Assembly: GCF_001194135.2 (NCBI RefSeq)
Contig: NC_068981.1
Coordinates: forward strand, 133,978,283 to 134,021,067
Origin: Octopus bimaculoides
Lineage: Eukaryota
Reading direction: 5' to 3'
DNA length: 42,785 bases
The notes beneath the pieces are model-generated. The model saw nothing but the letters and a program-made list of their open reading frames with translations, had not been told where the DNA came from and ran no database searches. Below, in pieces: positions 11,826-22,350 of this stretch (position 1 is its first letter; every line of letters starts with the position of its first letter). Both the position numbers and the translations under genes were made by a program.

Positions 11826-12387
11826 ACACATACACATATGACTAGTTTCTTTCTATCAAATCCACTCACAAGGCTTTGGTTACCCCAAGGTGCTACACAG
11901 TGGGACTGAGCCCATAACCATGTGATCGGGAAGCAAACTTCTTAATTGCACAACTATGCCTATACCTACACACAAACACGTGTGCATGTACATATACATA
12001 CATACATAACAATCGATTAAGTAGAGAGATGGAATTGGTATACTCTTTACTCTTTTACTTGTTTCAGTCATTTGACTGCAGCCATATTGGAGCACCACCT
12101 GTAGCCGAGCAAATCGACCCCAAGACTTATTCTTTGTAAGCTTAGTGCTTATTCTACACCACCATCGGTTGTCAAGCGATGTTGGGAGGACAAACTGACA
12201 CACAAACATATATATACATATATAAGACGGGCTTCTTTCAGTTTCCGTCTACCAAATCTGCCCACAAGGCTTTGATCGGTCCGAGGTTATAGTAGAAGAC
12301 ACTTGCCCAAGGTGCCACGTAGTGGGAATGAACCCGGAACCATGTGGTTGGTAAGCAAGCTACTTATCACACAGTCACTCCTGTGCC
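11826..12387 (-). mobile_element. SINE family A: partial copy (11826-11965) plus full copy (12042-12387)
   Basis: Reverse complement of the family A head, body and tail. Confidence 0.85.
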
Positions 12388-12429
12388 TTTATTTTGTACA
12401 AAATAAAGAATTATATACCAATTCCATCT

Positions 12430-12930
12430 TGTTCACTTAATCGATTATTATCTCAACTATCACTGCGGAATTCCTGAAGTAGATTCAAAAGAAACTGCAG
12501 ATGACATCAGGTAGCCCAAACTGTGCCAGTGCTTTACTCAACACACCAATACACTAATTGATATATACAGATATTGTGGTGCCGGTGTAGTATGTGATCT
12601 ACAGCAACTTAAATCTAGACTGGCTTGTGATTTACATTCAAAATTTTGTTATAAATTTGCAGCATGAATCAATATCTCCATGTTCATCGAGGAGAAATTC
12701 TATTGCAGCTTCTTCATCTCGAATAACCTGTGTGTAAAATTCTTTTGCTCTCATTACGACTTCTTTCAATGGGCTCAGAACTAAAAGTGTTTAAATCATA
12801 AAACTGGAAGTCGAGTAAATAGATGAATTTTAAATGTAGATCAAAAAGTCAGTGTAGATCAGAAACTATACCATTTGAACTAATGTAGATCACAAGCTAT
12901 ACCAGAAACATGTATGTAGATATTGTGTCA
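12430..12930 (-). pseudogene. Possible Merlin/IS1595-like transposase N-terminal relic with subterminal repeats
   Basis: Minus strand reads MRAKEFYTQVIRDEEAAIEFLL then a stop; TGTAGAT(CA) repeated four times in 12835-12925. Similarity judged by eye. Confidence 0.3.
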
Positions 12931-13079
12931 TATAGCCAGCTGGAAATGATGTTTCTTGGGACTAAACAACAGTAACAATCGTCCCTTACAGGACAGCCAC
13001 ATTATGCTGGCAAATAGTCTTTACTTTAAAGAACTGTTACTGAATATCTCTCTTTGAAAGATTTAGAAATAATATTGTT

Positions 13080-13124
<45 letters not shown>
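13080..13124. repeat. Compound (TG)n(TA)n microsatellite
   Basis: Read directly. Similar tracts at 19058-19107, 35152-35180 and 41890-41968. Confidence 0.95.
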
Positions 13125-13129
<5 letters not shown>

Positions 13130-14305
13130 CATACATATTTAACTTTTAAACTTATCTGCTTTCAAGTTATTTAAACTTTGTTTAACACCTGAATGCAGTG
13201 ACAGTCACATTGCACTCATTTGTTTTTTAATAACATATTCCCTGAAATGTGTATGTAACAGACTACTTTGATTACTCACAATTTTGTGTCATATTCTATT
13301 ATCTGAAAGCTCAATATTTTTTGTCTTTTCTTCATCTCATATTAAGTAAGTATATTCACCCATCTGTCCATTCATTTGCCAATTATATTATCTTGTTCTA
13401 TGTTCAATCATATTTCTGTCCCACAGTAAACTGAGGCAATAACACACATGTATTACTACCACTGTCATTTTGTTACTGCACTGAAGGACAACTTTTCACT
13501 TCATAGATGTAACCCCAAACCTTGTCCTGTTGTTTAGCTTCTAAATCAGTCCTATAAAGTTGACCTGTAATCAATGGTGTTCCAGCCATGACCATATCAC
13601 CTTTCTTTCAAGCACAATCCATATGGCAACACTTACCTAATGTGTCCTGTTTTAATGATGGTCAGATATGATTAAGTTGCTGTTTCTGGCAGCTCATGTT
13701 TTGTTAGCTTGCTTCTACTTAAAGGAAGGTTAAATATATGCTCTAACACATCAATAATTCATAAGATGTGTGTAGATTATATAATTTTCCCATATACATA
13801 ATGTAACATATATCCTCACAACCAAGTTATGTACTAAGTAGCCGACAGCTTTATGGCAGTTTGCTGACAGTCTAGACAAGGGGTGATAATGATTTCCATT
13901 TAATTATTTCAGGTACTACATGAAAATGTTGCAGCTTTATCACTTGTTATTAATTTATCAAAAACAATTTTGTATTTCTTCTATAGAAGGTGGCACACTG
14001 GAAAATGTACTCAATGACAGACTTCACCTTTACCTAATGTATCTCATGTTGAATCTGGTATGGCTGTGTGGTTAAGAAGTTCACTTTGCAACTACATGGG
14101 CTTCATTCCAGTGCTTAGCACCTTCAGTAAGTAGTTCCATCTATAGCTTCAAGTTGACCAAAGCTTTAGAAATTAAAGATTACATAAAAATTGAAAACAT
14201 TATTTCAATCCCAATAGTTCCTAGCTGACTTTTAAGTCAAGATAAAACACTATAGTTTCAATTTCTGAGAGAGAGAAAATTAATATAAGGTACGTGGCAT
14301 CTATA

Positions 14306-15360
14306 CAGGATGACTCAAAAGTAGGTTTACAGTTATACAACTAACTCTTTCGCATTCATATTAACAGTTTAGATCTTAATTATAAAAAAAAAAAATGAAA
14401 CCATTACTCTATGCTAATTTAGTTAATTTTGTCAAGCTCCCTTTTCAGTTTGTAAGATAGAAATTTAAATGTAGTATGATCTGCTGGATGTGTAATGTCA
14501 GCGTGCATACACGACAGTGTAAGTTCCCTGAGAGAAAAGTTGTGAATAAGCAGCATCAAATGCAGTGTGCAAGAGAGGGATCTGTGCTGGTATGGTCATG
14601 CATTACGTATGATTGAAGACAGCTGTGTGAGGAAGTGCCACCCCCTAACAGTAGAAGGAACCTGTGAAAGAGGTAGACCCAGGAAGACATGGGATGAGGT
14701 GGTGAAGCATGACCTTCACAGATGCAATGACAGGAGACCAGGACCTTTGGAAATATGCTGTGATTGAGAAGACCCGGTAACTAAAGTGAGATCGCAGCCA
14801 TGCATGTCCAGCCCTGTTAGGAATACTCCTAATGCATTGGGCGATATGATAGGCTTGAGAAGACCTGTTGAGTCAAGTAAAACCAATATCGTAGCTGTGG
14901 CCAGTGCCCCCAGACTGGCTCCCATGCTGGTGGAATGTAAAAAGCACCATCCGAACGTGGTCGATGCCAGGTCTGCCTGACTGGCTCCTGTGCCAATGGC
15001 ATGTAAAAAGCACTAACCGATCATGGCTGATGCCAGTACTCCCTGACTGGGTGGCATGTAAAAAGCACCATCCGAATGTGATCGATGCCAGGCTCACCTG
15101 ACTGGCTCGTGTACCGGTGGCATGTAAAAAAGCACCCACTACACTCTCGGAGTGGTTGGCATTAGGAAAGGCATCCAGCTGTAGAAACATTGCCAGATCA
15201 GATTTGAGCCTGGTGCAGCCACTGGCTCTCCAGACCTGTCAAAACCTCCGACCCATGCCAATATGGAAAACAGATGATGATGATGATGATGAATAAAATA
15301 TTTTTTTTTAAATTTAAAGTGCCTATGTGATAACTGTAAACCTACTTTTGAGCCACCCTG
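14306..15360. mobile_element. Tc1/mariner-type non-autonomous element (31-bp TIRs, TA TSD) hosting an RTE insertion
   Basis: TA|CAGGATGACTCAAAAGTAGGTTTACAGTTAT ... ATAACTGTAAACCTACTTTTGAGCCACCCTG|TA, 29/31 match. Confidence 0.8.
14476..15291 (+). mobile_element. RTE-clade LINE 3' fragment: ORF C-terminus, tandem-repeat 3' UTR and (GAT)n tail
   Basis: QERDLCWYGHALRM...VEGTCERGRPRKTWDEVVKHDL is the RTE RWYGHV.RM...RGRPRK.W motif. The tail matches the many truncated copies in the window. Confidence 0.88.
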
Positions 15361-16474
15361 TATATCTAGAATGCTTGCTAAACTGATCAGCATCTAACTA
15401 ACTCATTCAATTATTATAGATACAATGAATATATTAGAGAATGATAACTTGTTTTTTTTTTAGACTCCTGTAACATTTTCGGTTTATACCTAAATGTATC
15501 ACGTTAAATTTGACATGGTTGTAAAGTTAATTTTGATTTCAATTTTATTGTATAACACAGTGGTTCTTAACCACTTTTTATCTATGGACCCCTTTGATTA
15601 CTATTTTCTCCTGGTGGACACCCATAGCCATTCAATGTTCAAAAACTAGTTTTATAGATCCTTCTTTCAAAATTCCTATTTTGCTTATCACACACAAAAA
15701 AAGAAACTTAGCAGTTCCTTGCAATTAATGCATCTAAAGCAAATTTTGTTTCATGGACCCATAAAATACAACTGGCATAACACCTTGGACAAGTGTCTTC
15801 TATCACACTCTCAGGTTAGCCAAAACCTTGAGGGGTAACTGTGTGAAAACCAGATACCTTGGGAATTGGATAAACAGTAGTATGTTTCTAAAGGTACAAG
15901 ATAATTGTGTTTAGGGCGATCGAAAGTGAAAGATAACCAAAAATCCAATTAGCTCCAACTTAATCAAAATACATTTCGAGTGCCCCACTATTTTTCTGCT
16001 GCTAAAATAAAATTCTGAATGGAATCCCATTGGTTACAAACCTTAATTACTATAAAGATTTGACAATATATGACACAGAAAGATTAGTTGTGTATGAGAG
16101 TATAAACTAGGGTTGCCAAACGTCCCTTATATAAGGGACATGTCCCATATTTGATAATTTAGTCCCTTCTCCTGTACTGACCTTTCAGGAACACCCCAAA
16201 TGTCCCGTATTTAGTTCATTTTCAAATCTCGTGATAAAGATATATTTTTACTGCCTTCTTATGGTTCTTAGTTGTAACTTTATAAGTAATTATGCTTTCT
16301 TTTTTCAAATTCTCTTTCTTGAAAATAACCTAAATGTAACGAGGAAACTAGTGTTACTAGAAGTTTACTAAAACTTGATGTGCTTGCAACTTGATACTGT
16401 CAACAAACTGTGTTGTTATTACTTGCCATGGCCCACTTTTTTTCTTTCTTATAAACTAATCCATCCATCTCAAG

Positions 16475-18140
16475 ATGCCAAGATGTAAATGTAAATTTCA
16501 TGATGAATATTCCAGCAAATGGACATTTATCAAACAAGGAAGAAGCTGTTTTGAAGCAAATTGTGGTGGATGTAATTGCACTTTCAGTACTGAACATGGC
16601 AGGAAGTCTGATATGAAGCAACACTTGGAAACGGCAAAGCACAAAAGTAGTATTGCCTCTACTTTAAAGAAGCTGGTAAAATGACAAACTTCTTGATCAA
16701 GAAAAACAGAGATGAAGAAAGTAAAATAATAGCTGCAAAAGTTGCAATGGCAACTCATATTGTCCATCATTCAGTTCAAATGACTGTACGAACGTACTAC
16801 TTCTAAAATTGCTTGCAAATTTTCAAGTGTTAAGACTAAATGTGCTGCAATAATAAAAAATCTTGTGGCTCCATACACTGTTGCAGAGATTGTTAAAGAT
16901 ATAAATAACTCTTCTTTTTATGGTATATCTACAGATGCAAGTAATCCCAATGCTGAGAAAATTTTCCTGTTGACTGTGCAATGTTTTTCACGTGATAAAG
17001 TTACTGCAAGTAAGATCCCTCCCAAATGAGACCTCGGAAACAATAGCCAGCTTCTGTAGAGCCTTGTTGAGTTAGGACTGGATGTGAAGAAATGTACAGT
17101 TTTTGGTAGAGATAACACAAATAAAGTCTATTCAAAATTCAAGGAAAGCATGAAAGAATTGATGGAAGGTGTTGGATGTCCAGCCGATATTCTGCACAAT
17201 GCTGCTCATACTGTGGTCAATGTTCTTTCTGTTGATGAAGTAATTTTTGTTAAATTGTCTTCATACTTCAGTATTTATACTGTTCCGCAAGTTTATTGGT
17301 GTGCAGTATACCTCAGTTCTCTCACATTCTAAAACTCAGCTTTCTTTGATGAGAACAGTTGAGAAAATTTTAAGGTTATTTAAAGCACTGAAATCTTTTT
17401 TCGTTTCTGAGGAAACTCCACTCATTCTTGTAGAATTCTTCAATAATCCGCTGAGTAAAGCCTACTTATATCTTGTTCACAGTTTTGAATGTTTTTAGCA
17501 ACAGGATTATGAAGATAGAAAAGAAAGAAAACAGCATTATTGAAGTGCTTGGCTGTTTAGAAGAACTCATTGCAATTATAAAGGAAAGAATCAATGAAAA
17601 GTTTATTCCTCTCAGAGTGAAGGATTGCCTTAATAATTGATGATGTCAAATCTGAAGAGGAAAAAGAAATTTCTACTTGAAGTGGATAACTACTATGGCA
17701 TTTGCCATGACTATCTTGAGAAATGGGTTCTGTCTTTTGAAAATTTTGATAACTTTACATGGATGTTATTAGATACAGTTCCAGGATGGGGACATGTAGA
17801 ATCATCTTATTTAGTGTTAAAGAACAAAAGTAAAAAAAATTGATGACAACATTCTTTTCTGTCAGTGGTGAACATTTAAAAAACTCCTTGCTAAAGAGAT
17901 GCAGACCAAACCTGATGAATGGAAGATCAAACTGTGCCATAAAAGATGGTTTTCTATCCTTCAGTAGTTTGAATTTCAAGAACAATACTTCAAGTTGTTA
18001 ATTTTGTGCCAGTTCTTATTTAGCATACCAGCACATAATGCTAATGTTGAGCATGTCTTCTCAGTGATGAATGTTCAATGGACTGGAGAATGAAATAAGT
18101 TGGATGTGGCTACTGTCGAAACTATCATACAATGCACATG
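16475..18140 (+). pseudogene. Frameshifted hAT transposase
   Basis: BED-like finger C..C...H....H (16475-16684), FYGISTDASN (first catalytic D), GCPADILHN (CxxH with H>D), HSKT[RW lost]LSL, and C-terminal FSIPAHNANVEHVFSVMNVQWT. Multiple stops and frameshifts. Confidence 0.88.
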
Positions 18141-18494
18141 GAACCGAACCTTAACTGTCAATGTTAACAAAAGCCAAATCATCAGTGAAGTATAACCAAA
18201 GGTTCAAGTTTAATTCTCATACGGTCTGTTACGAAAATTTTGCATAAGTTTATTAGTTTTGCTTCTTTCTATGTTCTCCATATGAAACAACTTTTTAGTC
18301 TATTTTCTGTAATGTTTGCATTAAATAATAATTTTCTAAATGATTTCTTTCGCATTTTTTTTATCGTCTCTATTGAATAAGAATTTTGCAATGATTTCAC
18401 TTTCTCAGTATTTCTTTTAGTTATCTATATTGCCTGTATTCAATAATTATATCCAAATGCTTTCACAGTAAAAGATTTTTTTCTATAGTCTCTA

Positions 18495-18842
18495 TATTCT
18501 TTTATTTGCTTCAGTCATTTGACTGTGACCATGCTGGAGCACCACCTTTTAGTCAAAGAAATCGACACCAGGACTTATTCTATCGGTCTCTTTTGTCGAA
18601 CCGCTACGTTACGGGGACGTAAACACACTAACATCGGTTGTCAAGCGATGGTGGGGGCACAAACACACATATATATATATATACGACAGGCTTCTTTCAG
18701 TTTCCGTCTACCAAATCTACTCACAAAGCTTTGATCAGCCCGAGACTATAGAAGACACTTGCCCAAGGTGCCACGCAGAGGGACTGAACCCGGAACCATG
18801 TGGTTGGTAAGCAAGCCACTTACCATACAGCCACTTCTGCGC
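18495..18842 (-). mobile_element. SINE family A nested inside the hAT element
   Basis: Full-length, CpG-retaining copy between the transposase relic and the right TIR. Confidence 0.88.
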
Positions 18843-19071
18843 CTATTTGTCATTAGATAAAAAAAAAAAAAAAAATTTACAATGATTTCAATATAACATT
18901 TTTNNNNNNNNNNNNNNNNNNNNNNNNNNNNNNNNNNNNNNNNNNNNNNNNNNNNNNNNNNNNNNNNNNNNNNNNNNNNNNNNNNNNNNNNNNNNNNNNN
19001 NNNNNNNNNNNNNNNNNNNNNNNNNNNNNNNNNNNNNACCCCCCAATTCTGGGGGGTAAAGCCCTGTAGTT

Positions 19072-19110
<39 letters not shown>

Positions 19111-19457
19111 AAAGAGATTTATATTTAATTTTCTAATCTGGCAACCCTAGTATAAAACGAAGTTGTTCAAATCTTTCCCGCCATAAGATTTGTTGACATT
19201 CGCCGAGTAGCTAATTACAGAAGCCATCATACGGAAATGGCAGAATAAACGCGACCAACAAAATGCCTAAAGATATTAATATATGCCTCGAACACAAACA
19301 TTGTCTAAGTTTACTTCACCTTTCATCAATTCTGGATTCAATAAAATGGCCTGTCCATTTTGGAGATCCTAAATAAGGAGGGGGGGATGAACATTAGAGA
19401 AATTTATAAAAAAAGAGAAAATGAAATTATTATTAACTATAAAAGATTTTTAAAAAA

Positions 19458-19574
19458 CCCGTAATTTTTCAGATTTACACCTGCACGATCTTCACTAGTT
19501 TTAGGGTTAGGGTTTGGGAATTCCGTCCCTAACCGTAACCCTAACACCCTAGTGTTAATCTGAAAAATTACCCC
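19458..19574. repeat. Palindromic element with inverted TTAGGG/CCCTAA arms, copy 1
   Basis: GTAATTTTTCAGATT...AATCTGAAAAATTAC 15-bp perfect inverted ends; core GGGAATTCCGTCCCTAA shared with copy 2. Confidence 0.8.
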
Positions 19575-20119
19575 AAAAAACCCCGGAAAGTGTTCTATGT
19601 ATTTAGGATACCAAAACAGGTAATGGTTACATAAATTGTTAAGAACATAATTTTTATAACTGACGCCATCCGAACCATCCAAGACATTTGGTAAAATTGT
19701 CGCTTGCACGTCACATAATTTTTGGGGTTTTTTTAAAAAGTTTTACTAAGTGTGTTCAATCATCAATTAAACGGATCCATGAATTTCATATTATCAACAA
19801 TATTCGTATTTCCAAAAAAAAAATCGCTGATATATATATTGAATACAAAGCACGGATTTCTACTAATTTGGCAAATGACTTGAAATAATTTTCCTCAACT
19901 TGATTTCTCAATTTCGAGTGTTTTCATTCTTGACTCTCTACATACCCCTCTGCCTTTTGAGATCCCAATATTACGATAGTATTCGATCCTTCCTCTCAGA
20001 TTTGTTTCTTATTGCTGTGGAGGTGAGAGGCTGAGGACCAAATGCTAGGCTTAATAAGATTGATTTTAAACTTGTCCAATACCATAGAGAAGAAATATCA
20101 GGATATCCCCATAAAAAAA

Positions 20120-20314
20120 GGGGAAATTTTCAGATTAACACCCGCACAATTTTCACTACGGTGTTAGGGTTAGGGTTTTAGGGTCAGGGTTAGGTTTTTA
20201 GGGTTACGGATAGGGTTTTAGGGTTAGGGAATTCCGTCCCTAATCCTAACAATAACTCTAAACCCTAACCCCCTAGTGAAAACCGTGCGGGTGTTAATCT
20301 GAAAATTTACCCCC
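20120..20314. repeat. Palindromic element with inverted TTAGGG/CCCTAA arms, copy 2
   Basis: 24-bp perfect inverted repeat 20124-20147 / 20285-20308, extending to about 50 bp. About 10 TTAGGG-like units on the left and about 5 CCCTAA-like units on the right. Confidence 0.85.
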
Positions 20315-20517
20315 AAAAGTCCCTAAAATCTGTTTGGGTATTGTCAGAAAATCACAGGCCTTGTAACTGTATTAGAAATTTTGTAAAAATAACTTATTTA
20401 AAATAGAGGGATAACTAAACAAATGAAGATCCTTAACATTCCACTTTAAAGTCAATGAAAGGAAATGAAAATTCAAATTTCCAACAAGATTACTTTACAA
20501 AAAATTAAAAAGGAGTA

Positions 20518-20909
20518 GAGATGGACTATATGTAATCTGAACCTTTCCCCCCACTTATTTATGAATTTTTTTTTTTTACGGAATCCCACGTTTTAGGCTA
20601 TGGAGATTCCGATTCTGAAAAAAAAATTTTTTTAAAATTTNNNNNNNNNNNNNNNNNNNNNNNNNNNNNNNNNNNNNNNNNNNNNNNNNNNNNNNNNNNN
20701 NNNNNNNNNNNNNNNNNNNNNNNNNNNNNNNNNNNNNNNNNNNNNNNNNNNNNNNNNNNNNNNNNNNNNNNNNNNNNNNNNNNNNNAAATTGAGATTTTT
20801 GAAAAAATTTTTCCAGAATCGGATTCTCCCTGGTCTGAAACATAGGATTCCGTAAAAAAAAACAAAATTTAAAAGCGGGGGTATACCCAGATTACATATA
20901 CTCCATCTC
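20518..20909. repeat. Fold-back element: about 120 bp imperfect inverted arms around an assembly gap
   Basis: GAGATGGA.TATATGTAATCTG...TTTTACGGAATCC...GGAGA.TCCGATTCTG is mirrored on both sides of the N run 20641-20786. Confidence 0.65.
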
Positions 20910-22206
20910 CATCAAAAAAGGTATTAGAGAACGAACCTACAATATTTTACAATAGGACAATAAGTTAGTCTTGCATTTGTCAGCTCATACTGACGTATAA
21001 GTATTTATTAAAAACATTGTAGATACTACTGCAGTTAAAATGTGATATATACAAATATTTTATAGATTGGAGACTTTACCAGCAAACTGCTATCTTTTAT
21101 AAACTCCTGTAAGAATGTGGCATAATACCTATCTTGTAACACTTGCCTGCATATTTGGGTTAATAAATTAACTTTTCAAAACAATTAGACTGAATAATGT
21201 GATTTCCCAGATATTAGATTATTTCAAAGGTCTATAATATATAGATCTCGAATCTTGATTGACAGTGTTTTGAGACAATTCACAAAAACGAAAATTAAGA
21301 TGCAGCAAAATAGTGGAAACAACATTGAGAATTTGAATAATTAAAAATGAAACCAGAAATAAACGGAGAACATACAAAACTAACTTGGCATTCCCGAATT
21401 GACGAAACGAATAAGTAAATCTTTAAATCGGATTATTAGACTATTTAATTTTTCGAAGACATCATAAAAAGATTAAGTTAACATAAGTTAGCATTGTTAA
21501 AAAATGGACAAAATAATTCGTAGCGAAAAGTACACAAAAATATGATTATTTGAAAGTTTATGGAAGGAAAATCTATGGAGATGTAAATGTCGGCGCTTCT
21601 TCACCGATATCTCCGCCTGTCATTTAGGCAACGAATGATGCCTGTCCATTTGAATGGTTTTACCGCACATCTATGCCATGTAGTCAGTCCTAGATATTAT
21701 GTGAATAGCCAGGCTACTGAGCTTCAAATTTTAGGGGATTGCAATTAGCACTAATGCCACAATGGACATCGTCTTTAATGGATCGTTTTATTGTGGCAAA
21801 ACATCGTCTTGATTACATTTTATCATCTACCTCATGGATACTTCAGGCGGAACAATGTAACATTTTTCCGGAATAGATCTACGTTTGTCTTTCTTATAAA
21901 GGTTCTCAAGATTGGAGAAGAGATTTTTGTAACATTCGGATCAATGATTTTTTGCCTAGTATCAGATCAGGCAGTGTTTTAAAGATTTAAACTATTAAAA
22001 TGAAATATATTAGTTTTGAAACAATAAAGTATGATATATATTTATAAATACATGCGTAAGCAAGAAAAATAAATGAAGGGATGATTAGAAATCAGAAGTA
22101 AATCCACAGTTCTTTGTGTCTTTATTAACCGGTTGGTTCCATTTCATAAAAAAAAAGCATTGATATGAAAACGTATTCAAAAGCAAAATAAATGAAAGAA
22201 ACTCAC

Positions 22207-22350
22207 AATTTCTATATCAGTAAATCCAGTAAGAACGAGGTTTTTCATCAGCTCACATCCTATACCACCAGCACCGACAACAAGAACTTTACTGTTCTGT
22301 ATTTCGGTCTGCAAGTTTGGTTCTAAAACTCCACTGACTGAAGCCGCCAT
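22207..22350 (-). CDS. UBA2: UBA2 coding exon 1 ([48 protein letters not shown])
   Basis: ATG in AAAATGG context, GxGxxG motif [19 protein letters not shown] donor at 22206, phase 0 join to exon 2. Confidence 0.96.

Larger units (their letters stand above)
16108..19149 (+). mobile_element. Decayed hAT transposon (Blackjack-like ends), both termini present
   Basis: 11-bp perfect TIR TAGGGTTGCCA. 8-bp TSD GTATAAAC (16100-16107) / GTATAAAA (19150-19157). Subterminal GTCCC motifs and an 18-bp palindrome at 16122-16139. Includes an N gap at 18904-19037. Confidence 0.9.

Noticed and set aside
14900-15140. CRISPR-like repeat/spacer appearance
   Set aside because: Eukaryotic LINE 3' UTR; the inter-repeat segments are homologous to each other and there are no cas genes.
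20164-20275. True telomere or chromosome-fusion scar
   Set aside because: Only about 10 degenerate units, embedded in a repeated palindromic element inside an intron.
20598-20865. ORFs of 77-81 aa in the ORF track
   Set aside because: Open only because they run through Ns.
21560-21985. Coding-looking, CpG-retaining stretch in UBA2 intron 1
   Set aside because: All frames are interrupted and no recognisable motif or splice-compatible exon was found; likely an old TE relic.
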